This document shows positions 50,786 to 64,000 of a DNA stretch of 64,000 bases, one piece after another (within the stretch, counting starts at the first letter, position 1; each line of letters opens with the position of its first letter). The notes under the pieces were generated by a model, which worked only from the letters and a program-made list of their open reading frames with translations, was not told the origin of the DNA and did not search any database. The translations under genes and the position numbers were made by a program. Origin of the DNA: Octopus vulgaris (lineage: Eukaryota); assembly GCA_951406725.2 (NCBI GenBank), contig OX597835.1, positions 16,554,001 to 16,618,000 of the forward strand. Direction: 5' to 3'.

Positions 50786-50813
50786 GCCTGTACGTTCACT
50801 GGCGCAGCAAGAC
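50786..50813 (-). promoter_or_regulatory. IRE in the ferritin B 5'UTR, variant with C.A mismatch at the loop-closing pair
   Basis: Sense RNA GUCU-UGC-UGCGC-CAGUGA-ACGUA-C-AGGC. Confidence 0.88.
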
Positions 50814-50845
50814 TGACTCTAACTGTTCTACGGCAATGCCGCCCC

Positions 50846-50852
50846 TTATATA
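50846..50852 (-). promoter_or_regulatory. Ferritin B TATA box
   Basis: TATATAAG about 33 nt upstream of the IRE, nearly the same spacing as in gene A. Confidence 0.7.
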
Positions 50853-51867
50853 ACAACTGCAAGATAAACGATTCCATTGTTCTCTTTATCTAATTTTGTC
50901 AAAACTACTTGACTTTCGATTCTTCTAGTTCTTATCGAAGTGAAAAAAATTTCAAGAAACAAACAAACAATACAAGAAAAATCGTAAGATCAAAATGATA
51001 ACTGTAAGATTGGTGTAAATCTTTGGTATTATGCAATTAGGCAAAGAAATTACATAGATTATTAGACTTTATACTAATTGATTGTTCATTATCTTATCAG
51101 TACTACATGTTTTTTTAATATCAATTTATTTTCTCTGTATTCAAATATTTGATAATAAAACACTTAACGACAAACAATTAAGTAACTTTGTTTGTCATCA
51201 ATATTTTCTTCAGTTGTTTGTTGTATTGTATGTTTTCTAATTAACTCATAAACAATCTTAATTATTAAATGAACCTTATATAATTCTGGAACTAGTTGAA
51301 TTATCCAGAAATATTTAAGACAGGCTTATTTTTAACCCTTGAACCAGATTGAACCTTTGATGTGGTTGAGCAACCAGTCTTGACCAATCTAGATTCAGAG
51401 TGTAGGTTGTAGTGGTCATCCTTTCGGATACTGAATACAACATGGGGCTTGACTCCATCTGAGTGATTTTCCTGGGTCACCATTTCATCCTTGTATGCCA
51501 ATCCACCTCAAAGTTATCCATTTACAGCTGAATGACCCTGGAGCAATGTGAAATGGAAGTGTTTTGCTCAAGAACACAACACACCACCTGGTCAAGGAAT
51601 TGAAACCATGACCTTGAAAATGTGAGTGCAACACCCTAACCACCAGAGGCAGGTACCTGATATTGGTAGCATTAGTGCTAGGGTATTTAGAGCACCAGGC
51701 CAGCCCAGCCCTACAGTGCCTGTCCCCTTCTTCCAGTCCTTCAATGAGATACTCCCCACCCTGTTTCTCCAGTTTTATTTTGTGATCTCCTCCGACTATT
51801 ACTCTCATTGCATCAACTGGAAAATGCAAATGCAAAAATATAATTAACATACAAAGAAGTTAATTAT

Positions 51868-52855
51868 GAGCTATAGTTTTAAGATCATCTTAAATGTTAT
51901 GACTGATAGTTAAGATCACGCTATGATGTAAATGCTATCATCTCTAGTTAAGATCTATATACTATTTACTGATAGTTATGATGATTTTATGACCTATGTT
52001 ATGATCTATAGTTTTATGATCATGTTATGATATCTGTGTTATAATGTATAGTTTTAAGATCATGTTATGATATATGTTATTACTGATAGTTAAGATCATG
52101 CTATGATATAAATGCTATCATCCCTAGTTAAGATCTATATGCTATTTACTGATAATTATGATGATTTTATGACCTATGTTATGATCTATAGTTTTATGAT
52201 CATGTTATGATATCTGTGTTATAATCTATAGTTTTAAGATCATGTAATGATATAGGTTATTACTGATAGTTAAGATCATGCTATGATGTAAATGCTATCA
52301 TCTCTAGTTAAGATCTATATGCTATTTACTGATAATTATGATGATTTTATGACCTGTGTTATGATCTATAGTTTTATGATCCAGTTATGATCAACATGTT
52401 ATTATCTATAGTTTTAAGATCATGTTATGATATATGTTATTACTGATAGTTAAGATCATGCTATGATGTAAATGTTATCATCTCTAGTTAAGATTTATAT
52501 GCTATTTACTGATAGTTATGATGATTTTATGACCTGTGTTATTATCTATAGTTTTATGATCATGTTATGATATACATAATATTATCTATAGTTATGATCA
52601 TGTTATGATATCAATAGTTATTATAAATAGTTATGATCATGTTATGACCTAAATGTTAAAATCCATAATTTTGCGATCAAGTTATGATCTGTATATTATT
52701 ATCTATAGTTATGATCATGTTATGGTTATTACTGATAGTTAAGATCATGCTATGATGTAAATGCTATCATCTCTAGTTAAGATCTATATGCTATTTACTG
52801 ATAATTATGATGATTTTATAACCTGTGTTATGATCTATAGTTTTATGATCCAGTT
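51868..52855. repeat. 180-bp tandem satellite built from about 20-bp subrepeats
   Basis: ACTGATAGTTAAGATCA recurs at 51902, 52082, 52262 and 52442 (period exactly 180) and near 52731. Confidence 0.9.
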
Positions 52856-53029
52856 TAAGGTCTGATCAAAAAGTATTGGGTCTGTTGCTATGGTAACTGA
52901 GCTAAAGGATGCAGAGTGAAGCTGCTAGGCACAGATTGACCTTAAACCCTGTCACACATGCACACTAAGTCATAACATGCTCGCTCACTTCCATTGTTTG
53001 TAGCAGTGACTGGAAGTAAAATATGTAGA

Positions 53030-53803
53030 ACTAGCAGTATCGCCCGGCGTTGCTCGGGTTTGTAAGGGAAATAACTATAAAGCATTTTTAGAGAGTTATA
53101 GCCAAAAAATAGCAAAAAAATGCATTAAAAATGGAAAAAAATTTATGGTAAATTTTTTTTTAAATCGTTGACTCATCGTAGACATTTTTAGAGAGTTACT
53201 TCCCTTATATATGCCAAAAATGCATTAAAAATGGGAAAAATTGATGGTAATTTTTTTTTTAAATCGTAGACGTGCGCTAATACCCAGAAGGGCTTGATAT
53301 GAATCACAACTATAAGATACCCGGTTTTGGTTAAATTGCACCGCAAAACATGGGAGTAGTTAGGAATCTAAATTGGAGTAGACAGACACACAACCTTTCT
53401 TTTATATATAAAGACTAGCAGTATCGCCCGGCGTTGCTCGGGTTTGTAAGGGAAATAACTATATAAGCATTTTTAGAGAGTTATAGCCAAAAATTAGCAA
53501 AAAAATGCATTAAAAATGGAAAAAAAATGATGGTAAATTTTTTTTTAAATCGTTGACTCATCGTAGACAGTTTTAGAGAGTTACTTCCCTAATATTTAAA
53601 AAAAATATGCATTAAAATGGAAAAAATGATGGTAAATTATTTTTAAAATCGTAGACTCATCGTAGATGCGCGCTAATACCCAGAAGGGCTTGATATGAAT
53701 CACAACTATAAGATACCCGGTTTTGGTTAAACTGCACCGCAAAATGTGGGAGTAGTTAGGAATCTAAATCGGAGTAGACAGACACACAACCTTTCTTTTA
53801 TAT
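53030..53803. mobile_element. Head-to-tail tandem dimer of the Helitron-like element
   Basis: Units 53030-53413 and 53414-53803 abut directly, inside older DNA-transposon-like sequence. Confidence 0.75.
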
Positions 53804-54048
53804 CTTAAGATGTGGTCATCTCACCACACCACAGAGGTTTCATTGTGTTGTTTGAGACATTTGTAGGGAGGAGGATGAATCTGGGCTGAGCTGCTGACGA
53901 GAATGTTTTGGACTTCTTTGGAATATCTTTCCATTGAAGTTTCACATAATGATTGTGAGGTTGTCTTAGCGATACTGGAATCTCAGTTTGGTGATCACCA
54001 GTAGTAATGCTGTTTGGTGTATTTTCGGTAGCTTCAAAAATGTTTATA

Positions 54049-54700
54049 GGCGCAGGAGTGGCTGTGTGGGTAAGTAGCTTGCTAACCAACCACATGGTTC
54101 CGGGTTCAGTCCCACTGCGTGGCATCTTGGGCAAGTGTCTTCTGCTATAGCCCCGGGCTGACCAATGCCTTGTGAGTGGATTTGGTAGACGGAAACTGAA
54201 AGAAGCCTGTCGTATATATGTATATATATATATTTCTTTACTACCCACAAGGGGCTAAACACAGAGGGGACAAACAAGGACAGACAAATGGATTAAGTCG
54301 ACTACATCGACCCCAGTGCGTAACTGGTACTTAATTTATCGACCCCGAAAGGATGAAAGGCAAAGTCGACCTCGGCGGAATTTGAACTCGGAACGTAACG
54401 ACAGACGAAATACGGCTACGAATTTCGCCCGGCGTGCTAACGTTTCTACCAGCTCGCCGTATATATATGTGTGTGTGTGTTTGTGTGTCTGTGTTTGTCC
54501 CCCTAGCATTGCTTGACAACCGATGCTGGTGTGTTTACGTCCCCCGTCACTTAGCGGTTTGGCAAAAGAGACCTATAGAATAAGTACTGGGCTTACAAAG
54601 AATAAGTCCCGGGGTCGATTTGCTCGACTGAAGGCGGTGCTCCAGCATGGCCGCAGTCAAATGACTGAAACAAGTAAAAGAGTAAAAAAGAGTAAAGAGT
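54049..54700 (+). mobile_element. SINE family 1 with a family 2 SINE (54233-54459, minus strand) nested in its TA tract
   Basis: Family 1 head and tail flank a complete reverse-oriented family 2 copy. Confidence 0.85.
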
Positions 54701-54990
54701 AAAGGGAAACATTGTTTACTGTTAGAAAACGTTAATAATAAACAATCTTTAGCAGCATAAATAAATAAATAGATAAATAATGATAACTAAATAAACAATA
54801 CAGTTCTATATATGAGAGATGAAGAATTATGTACATTATTTACATTATTTACATTATTTACATTTGACGGATATTTGTCCTCATCTTGTTTGTTGTTAAT
54901 ATGTTTTGGCTGATATACTCTCCAGCCTTCTTCAAGTGTCCTGGGGGAAATTTTGAACCTAGGTTCTCATTCCTAAGGTATTTTTCGATG

Positions 54991-55049
<59 letters not shown>

Positions 55050-55392
55050 GAGTGAGAGAGCAGTTCATGCCATCAAAGTGACACTGGGGTAAAATATACG
55101 AAGCCCAATACACCCATCATGACTACCCGTCTGATAAGGGTACACTAGGCACATGCACCCCAACCATATGTGCGCAACATGATGATGATCTCATATCAAG
55201 ATAAACAGCACATGACCTTGCAGGTGGGGCCCAGTTAGAATTTTCTTCAGGTTGAGTAGCCCATCCCGCTCAAAAGGTCCCTGAATAAGGGTTGTTTAAG
55301 GATGTTGAAAGAACCACCCATGTTTCCAGAGGTGAATTATTCAAACCCCAAAGAATCCCTCTCAACACATGGCTATGATGCTCCCCCACGAC

Positions 55393-55441
<49 letters not shown>

Positions 55442-56095
55442 GTTATTCAACTCACGGCCTGGAATCAAATCTCTTGTGAGTTAACTCGGGATCTCGTGAT
55501 GACAATGTAACCTTCATTTAACTAAGGTATCTTCAGCCTGATGAGTAGGTAGTAGAGTAACCTTCATTGTGTAATTACTAGGTTCTGCTAGCTAAGAAAC
55601 ATATGTAGCCTGGATTTTACCTGCTCCATTCCCTAAAATTGTATATATATATATATATATATCTGTATATATAAAAGGCAGGATGTGTGTGTGTGTGTGT
55701 GTGCATGTGTGAATGTAATTTATGCACGTCCACAAATTAGCACACATGTCACTCCAATTTTAGGAGGACATTCGTTAAGACCCTAGCTGTATTTTTGTCA
55801 ACTTATTTTTACCAGAGTCACCAGCGAATAACAGTAAATATAAATTTACAACCAAAACTTTTAACAATTTTCAAGTCGGAGAAATCACCATTGTTTGCAA
55901 ACAGGAGCTAAGTCCCCTTCTAGCGACGAGTAAGTTTTTGTTAAGACTTTTGTTGTTCTTTTTTTATCGAGGAAAAGTGTTCTGTTGATATACGGGCAAC
56001 ACACACACACACACACACACATGGACGCGTATGCAAGCAAAAAACATGTATGCAATAGGTGTATGTACATACATGTGTGTGTATGTGTGTTGCCC

Positions 56096-56129
<34 letters not shown>

Positions 56130-59100
56130 ATATAAACCAATTTCAACAGATTTGACGTCGATGTTACTTAGTTTGGTTTGAAATAAAGAACTTGATTAGC
56201 TTAATAATCCTAACATAATCCCGAGCAAAGCAGGGTTATACTGCTAGACTCTACGACAATAATACTCTTGTGTATTTCTCCATCACATTATATGAATGAG
56301 AAAGGAAGAGGTGATAGATGAATAAGGAAGAAGGAATGATAGCAAACGTTTTGGGAAGAGGGCCAGTTGCTTAGATCAACCCCAGTACACAACTGGTGCT
56401 TAATTTATTGACCCTGAAAGAATGGAAGGCAAAGTCGACCTTGGTGGAATTTGAACTCAGAATGTAAAGACAGACGAAATGCTGCTAAGCATTTTTCCCG
56501 GTTTGTTAGCAATTCTCCCAACTTGCCGCCTTAGAAATGTTTCTATATTGTGAGAGGCAAGATTCTCTGTAAATTCTATCTTATTTTTTTATTTTTATAT
56601 TGCCCACAAGGGGCACATAGAGGGGACAAACAAGGACAGACAAAAGGATTAAGTCGATTACATTGACCCCAGTGCATAACTGGTACTTAATTTATTGACC
56701 CCGAAAGGATGAAAGGCAAAGTCGACCTTTGCAGAATTTGAACTCAGAACTTAAAGACAGACAAAATACCTATTTTTTTACTACCCACAAGGGGCTAAAC
56801 ACAGAGGGGACAAACAAGAAAAGACAAACAGATTAAGTCAATTACATTGACCCCAGTGTGTAAGTGGTACTTTATTTATTGACCCCAAAAGGATGAAAGG
56901 CAAAGTCGACCTCGGTGGAATTTGAACTCAGAACGTAACGGTAGACGAAATACGGCTACGCATTTCACCTGGCGTGCTAACGTTTCTGCCAGCTCACCAC
57001 CTGTATTCTAACTATCAAGCAAAAACCTTATTACATTTTATTTATTTATTTTATTTATCTAGTTTCAGCTCACGAGCTGTGGCCATGCTGGAGCACCGTC
57101 ATTGTATATCTGAGTTCTGAAAAGGGGGAAAAAAAAAAAGGAAAAAGAAAAGGGCGAACAGCATATTGAAGCACATGGATGTCTTTAGCTGAGCCCATCA
57201 TGTAGCAGGCCATCAGATTAGGTGTAGCTGCTTCACTCTACTCATGCTGTGATGAATAACTCACTGACTGCTGGTATAGCCCACCGCTCTCTCTCACTCT
57301 AGCCATCACATCATTGATGACCAAGAAATTATCTATGTTCATTGAAGCTACATAAGTGTGTGAAAAGGCCAGCGAAAGCATAGGTTGTGCTATCAAGTTT
57401 TACTTGTTTGTGGTAGAGGAATAACAGCTATGGTTATCTAGGTCAGTTGTCAAAATGTTCAATAGAACTGAATCATTTACATTAATAAATGCAAACAAAA
57501 GACATACACACACACACACACACAAAAATCGTTTTTATTTCTTTCTGTTTTACGTAAATGTACATTTAAAATTAGTGTCCTCTTCACGCCAGTAGTTTCT
57601 GAAATATCAGAATGAATATTGAAGTTGCCAGCCTCGCCTGGCCCCCGTGCCGGTAGCACGTAAAAGCACCATCCGTTCGTGGCCGTTTGCCAGCTTTGTC
57701 TGGCACCTGTGCAGGTGGCATGTAAAAAGCACCCACTACACTCACGGAGTGGTTGGCGTTAGGAAGGGCATCCAGCCGTAGAAACACTGCCAAATCTGAC
57801 TGGGCCTGATGAAGCCACCCGGCTTCACAGACCCCAGTTAAACCGTCCAACCCATGCTAGCATGGAAAACGGACACTAAATGATGATGATGATGATGAAT
57901 TAACCAGTGAAAACATAAGACAAACATAAAGCAGACACAACATGGGGCAAATACAAGAAGAAAAAAAGGCAAATGTGACATAAAGCAAATATAAAGCAAA
58001 CACAAGGCTAATATAACATGGCAAACATAAACATTAGGCCACTGTAACATAAAGCATACATAATACAAGGCAAATATAAGGCAAAGACAAGCTAAACATA
58101 TGACAAACTTAACACAAGGCAAACATAAAACATAATGTTATGGCATATAATCAAATAAAATCAAAAAGGGAACTCAAAGGATATCACGGTACACGTGTTT
58201 CAAGCTTTATAAACGACCGGTTCTTACATCAGTGTATAATAGATATAAAAGATGGTTTAAGATGGCATATAAGATAAACATGACATAAGAACAATGGTAA
58301 TAGAAGACAGACATAACATAACGCAAGGCTTATGTAATAGAAGGCAAGCATGAAATAAGTCTAATATAAGGCAAACCTAATATAAGGTTAATGTAACTGA
58401 AGGCAAAAATAACATAAGACCAAGGACCTGGATTGAATGCTTACAACAGAATGGACTCTGTTAACCCTTTAGTGTTCAGATTATTCTATCAAACATAACG
58501 CTTATTGATTCACATTGATTTGAATTAATCATGCATTATCTCATATCTTCACCATCTTGATGGTGTAATTACTTAATGTAGAATAACATTGTAGGGTAGG
58601 TGTGAGGGCCTGGATCTGGTCAGTTTGAACTTAAGGCAGATTAAATATCTTGGCCGGATATGGCCGGTTTAAATACTAAAGGGCTAAAGGTACTGAAGGA
58701 CCAGGCAGAGGTGTTAAATCATATAGCAGAGTAAGTACACCAGTAAAGAGCAGCAAAGGTACACCATGTGGGATTGGGGTGGGGTGTGTGTGTGTGTTCT
58801 ACGTACCACCTCCCCCAACCTCCTCTCTCCACCAAATTTTATTCAGAAAACTTTCAGCGACCCCAGGTACCATTCAGTAAATTTGAACCAGTTTAAGTTA
58901 AAAGATGTTATTTCATTTTTGAGATAAGAAATGTAACAAAGACCAATTGTAAAAAAAAAATGGTCAAGTAGATTGCAGGATAGGCAGGTGGATCACAAGA
59001 CAAGCAGGTGGATCACACGACAGGCAGTTGAATCACATGACGAGCAGGTAATAATGCGAATCACTGGTAACAAAATAGTAATAACAACAAAGCAAGTCCA

Positions 59101-59878
59101 TGAAGTTATTTGTAGTACTCCTAGTAGTAGTAGTTGTTGTAGGTGTTAGTGGTGATGGTGGTGGTGGTACTGGGGGATTGTGCTGGTGATGGCAGTGGTG
59201 GTGATAGTGGTAGTGGGGGTGGTGGTGGTGATGGTGGTGGCGGTGGTGTCTTTCTGCACCTGCATGCCATTGGTCTTATTTCTTTATTGCCCACAAGGGA
59301 CTAAACACAGAGGGGACAAACAAGCACACACAAAGGTATTAAGTCGATTACATCGACCCCAGTGCGTAACTGGTACTTAATTTATCGACCCCGAAAGGAT
59401 GAAAGGCAAAGTCGACCTCGGCGGAATTTGAACTCAGAACGTAGCGGCAGACGAAATACTGCTAAGCATTTCGCCCGGCTTGCTAACATTTCTGCCAGCT
59501 CACCGCCTTTGGTCTGCATGCCATTGGTCTGTTGTATCAGAGATGATCTGTTTAATCTCTACAATACACAAGAAGAAGAAGGTCAGAATAAACTATAAAT
59601 GGTGCACTAGTTATAGTATGTGGTGTAGTGTAGACAATGAGGGGTGGTGTAGTTGCTGTTGTTGTTGTAGTTTTCATGGCTTTCAGTGTCGTTGTTCTTG
59701 TTTAGCCCCCAAGTCAGTTCTATGATCAAATTATTGTCCATTTACTTTCTGTAGCACAGCCAGCATCACATTATCCAATGTGCCTTCTTTCAGAGAATGT
59801 GATTTGAAGGAGATTTGGCTGCTATTTCTAGCAGTCTCTTGTTCCAAACTAGTAAGTTACTGGGATCTAAGCACACCA

Positions 59879-59879
<1 letters not shown>

Positions 59880-59909
<30 letters not shown>

Positions 59910-60082
59910 CTTCTTCTTCTTCTTCTTCTTCTTCTTCTTCTTCTTCTTCTTCTTCTTCTTCTTCTTCTTCTTCTTCTTCTTCTTCTTCTTCTTCTTCTTC
60001 CCCTTCTTCTTCTTCTTCTTCTTCTTCTTCTTCTTCTTCTTCTTCTCCTTCTTCTTCTTCTTCTTCTTCTCTTCTTCTTCTT
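59880..60082. repeat. (TTC)n microsatellite
   Basis: Direct reading. Confidence 0.97.
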
Positions 60083-60343
60083 CGTACAGCATTCACCCGG
60101 GGTGGGTTGAGCTGGCTTCATTCATCATCAATGCTGCATCTCTCACAAACACCGACCAGGCCTGGCGATTTGAGGCTAATGATCTCCAACCACTCCTTAT
60201 TCCAGTTGACAAGTGATAGTGGGGGACAAAGACAGACAAAAACAGGTACACACACACACACACTCACTCACACACATATGATGCCAGCTGTATATATATA
60301 TATATATATACTTTATTTTAAGCAGCAGAAAATTCAACAAAAT

Positions 60344-60381
60344 CTGTTACTCTGAGTTTCTTGTTGCCGTTCATCAGACAG
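60344..60381 (-). ncRNA. Inverted second copy of the hammerhead motif
   Basis: Reverse complement of 60388-60425 with one G>A change in stem II. Confidence 0.65.
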
Positions 60382-60387
60382 TTTTTG

Positions 60388-60425
60388 CTGTCTGATGAAC
60401 GGCAACGAGAAACTCAGAGTAACAG
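60388..60425 (+). ncRNA. Minimal type-I hammerhead ribozyme motif (Penelope-type)
   Basis: CUGU|CUGAUGA|A-CG-GCAA-CG-A|GAAA|CUC-A-GAG|UA|ACAG: intact core boxes, stem I CUGU/ACAG, GUA cleavage triplet, AATAAA downstream. Confidence 0.75.
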
Positions 60426-60710
60426 ATTTTGTTGAATTTTCTGCTGCTTAAAATAAAGCATATTACTCTACCACTGGTATTTGAGTACTCTTTTTTTCCA
60501 CCTTGTTTCACATTTATGTGTTTACTCCGGTATATATATATATATATATATATATATCATGGGGTTTGTGTTTTTTGACGTCCTGTACCCATATATGCAT
60601 GTGTATATGCATATATATCTAAGTATGTACATGTATGTATATATACATATATACATATTATCTACATTATTATATGATCTAACGCCACACATCCATTCCC
60701 AAGTAAGTTT

Positions 60711-60770
<60 letters not shown>

Positions 60771-61518
60771 CGTGTATTCTTCTATTCTTTTACTTATTTC
60801 AGTCATTTGACTGCAGCCATGCTGGAGCACTGCCTGGAGTATACTTTGTAAGCTTGGTACTTGTTCTATTGTTCTATCAGTCTCTTTGCTAAACCACTAA
60901 GTTACGGGGATGTAAACACACCAACATTGGTTGTCAAGTGATGGTGATGGTTGTAGGACAAACACACACACACACACACATAAATGTATACACACATATA
61001 CATATACATACATAGATACATACACACACACACACACATACATATATATACAGATATATATGTATATATATATATGTCATCATCATCATCATCATCATCA
61101 TTTAGCGTCCGTTTTCCATGCTAGCATGGGTTGGACGGTTCAACTGGGGTCTGTGAAGTCAGAAGGCTGCATCAGTTATATTCCACCAGCTTTTCTTTTT
61201 CCAACTCCACCTGACCAAGGTCATTTCTATACCATTATCAAATTTATTCCCAAACACCACAAACCAGTTTTGATGACTTATTTAAATAATTGCGCGCTTA
61301 GTAATGAAAAAGTGTTAAGTTTCTGGAAGACGGTTGGTTTTTTTAAGCCATGTATTATACAGGAGTGGCTGTGTGGTAAGTAGCTTGCTAACCAACCACA
61401 TGGTTCTGGGTTCAGTCCCAATGCGTGGCATCTTGGGCAAGTGTCTTCTGCTATAGCCCCGGGCCGACCAATGCCTTGTGAGTGGATTTGGTAGACGGAA
61501 ACTGAAAGAAGCCTGTCG

Positions 61519-61554
<36 letters not shown>

Positions 61555-64000
61555 GCTGTGTTTGTCCCCCTAGCATTGCTTGACAACCGATGCTAGTGTG
61601 TTTACGTCCCTGTCACTTAGCGGTTCGGCAAAAGAGACGGATAGAATAAGTACTGGGCTTACAAAGAATAAGTCCCTGGGTTGATTTGCTCGACTAAAGG
61701 TGGTGCTCCAGCATGGCCGCAGTCAAATGACTAAAACAAGTAAAAGAGTAAAAGAGTAATATGTATCATTATGAGGCATTTGTTGTCAGTTTGAGACTGC
61801 AAAATGAAAGGGGAAACTTATTTTAAAGCAACTGGTATTAAAATAATTGAAATTACTCAGAAAAAGAATTTTTTTCACAATCATAATCCATGTTTTGAAA
61901 TATGGAGTTCACCAAAAGGATATTTCACAAAGAAATTTTTTTAAAACAAATGGCTTGTGACTGGTAGGAAAATTATAAATTTGAAAAGCTGGTTTATTTT
62001 TGGCTTCCTCATGAGATATCAGGTGGAGTGGGGTGGAGCATATGGCATCATGGTTAGGACATTGTGAAAAACAGTAAAATCATCATCATCATCATCATCG
62101 TTTAACGTCCGCTTTCCATGCTAGCATGGGTTGGACGAATTTGACTGAGGGCTGGCGAACCAGATGGCTGCACCAGGCTCCGATCTTGATTTAGCAGAGT
62201 TTCTACTGCTGGATGCCCTTCCTAATGCCAACCACTCCGAGAGTGTAGTGGGTGCTTTTTACGTGTCACTGGCACGTAAAAATGGTGTAAAATGGTGTAA
62301 AAAATGATGTAAAAAAATGTCCCAGTGTATAACTTGTACTTTTTTTTTATTGACTTCAGAAGGATGAGAGACAAAGTCCACTGGGTGAGATCTAAGATGT
62401 AATATGATGTTCTTTGCTCTACTGATTCTGCCAAGAATCTGGGAAATGGATTTGCTAGAAATAACAGTTAAATTTCTTTTGGATCATTCTCACACAGTTG
62501 AATAATTGTAGTCCCAGACATTGAAAAAGATGTGATGGTCTAAGCTGGAACGTCTCTGATCATTGGTCTGCTGTATCAGAGTTGACATGATATGAAACAA
62601 CTATTACAAAAATGGTTAATACCAGTAATTTTAGTGGGGGTTGGTATCATCAATTGATATGTCTGTAGTGGTTCAGAAATGATTATGGTTTCTAAGTCAC
62701 AAAATTACTAGTTGTGAGGGGAAGGGAAGCAGTCAATGCCTTCAACCCCAGTGTATGACTGGTACTATATTTTATCAACCCCTAGCAGGACAAAATGCAA
62801 ATTTGATATTTGGTGAGATTTGAACACAGAATGTAAAAAGATGGAACAAATATTCTTTTCTACTCTAGGCACAAGGCCTGAAATTTTTTAGGGAGGAGGC
62901 CAGTCAATTAGATCGACCCCAGTATGCAACAGGTACCTAATTTATTGACCCTGAAAGGATGAAAGGCAGAGTCGACATTGGTGGAATTTGAACTCAGAAC
63001 GTAAAGACAGACGAAATACCATTAAGCATTTCGCCCTGGCATGCTAGAGTTTCTGCCAGCTCACCACCTTATGAGGAGAAAAATATTCTTTTCTACTCTA
63101 GGCACAAGGTCCAAAATTTTGGGGGATGTGGTCCAGTTGATCAGATCGACCCCAGTAATGCAACTGGTAATTAATTTATCGACCCTGAAAGGATGAAAGG
63201 CAAAGTTGACCTCGGCAGAATTTGAACTTAGAACATAAAGACGAAATACTGCTAAGCATTTTGCCCGGCATGCTAACATTTCTGCCAGCTCACCACCTGA
63301 GATGGAACAAATATTGCTAAGCACTTACCTGACACTCTGGTTTACAATCAGGAGAACAGCATGTTGGATTAACCCTTTTGTTACCATATTCCTGCTGAAA
63401 AGTATTGCTTTTGTTTCAGTTAATTTTGAAATTAGTAAAATAATAACCCTTTTTACTATAGGCACAAGGCCTGAAATTTTTGGGGAAGGGGCCAGTCAGT
63501 TAAATCGACCCCAGCACACAGCTGATACCTAATTTATTGACCCCGAAAGGATGAAAGGCAAAGTCACCCTTAGCGGAATTTGATCTCAGAATGTAAAGAT
63601 AGACGAAATACTTATTTCTTTACTACCCACAAGAGGCTAAACACAGAGAGGACAAATAAAGACAGACAAACAGATTAAGTCGATTATATTGATCCCAGTG
63701 CGTAACTGGTACTTATTTAATCGACTCTGAAAGGATGAATGGCAAAGTCACCCTCAGCAGAATTTGATCTCAGAACGTAGAGGCATTTGAAATACTGCTA
63801 AGCATTTCACCTGGTGTGCTAACGATTCTGCCAGCTTGCTGCCTTGAGTAAATTTAGTAAAATAAAAATGGTTTCAAATTTTGGCAAAATGCCAGCAGTT
63901 CTTGAAGAGAGGGAGAAGTCAGTTACTTCAAACCTAGTACTTGACTGATACTTTTTTTTATTGACCCTAAAAGGATGAAAGTGGAGGCACATGGCCTAGT

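Noticed and set aside
51485-51850. 121-aa ORF upstream of ferritin B
   Set aside because: Half of it overlaps a decayed SINE head, and it has no recognisable domain.
51868-52855. Regular repeat array considered as CRISPR-like
   Set aside because: No unique spacers, eukaryotic context and no cas genes. It is a tandem satellite.
59780-60355. Poly-S/K/F/E/R ORFs
   Set aside because: These come from the (TTC)n microsatellite.

Overview
AT-rich, repeat-dense animal genomic DNA. The SINE families, microsatellite load and ferritin sequences point to a mollusc, most likely an octopus (inference). The only intact protein-coding genes I can support are two tandem, minus-strand, 4-exon ferritin paralogs. 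Ferritin A has CDS 20399->1626 and ferritin B has CDS 50676->41090. Both are 171 aa, and I count about 124/171 identical residues by hand. Each has a TATA box and a cap-proximal iron-responsive element (IRE), but B's IRE has lost its loop-closing base pair. The 14.9-kb first intron of A holds a decayed copy of A's own 3' end, a probable decayed cGAS-like receptor (Mab-21/cGLR) pseudogene split by SINEs, a roughly 156-nt multibranch RNA-like structure on the antisense strand, and several fold-backs. Several Penelope-type fragments carry minimal hammerhead ribozyme motifs, including an inverted pair with intact cores. The rest is tRNA-derived SINEs, MITEs, non-autonomous Helitron-like elements, CR1 and mariner relics, a 180-bp satellite and microsatellites. 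All alignments and folds were done by eye and need computational confirmation.
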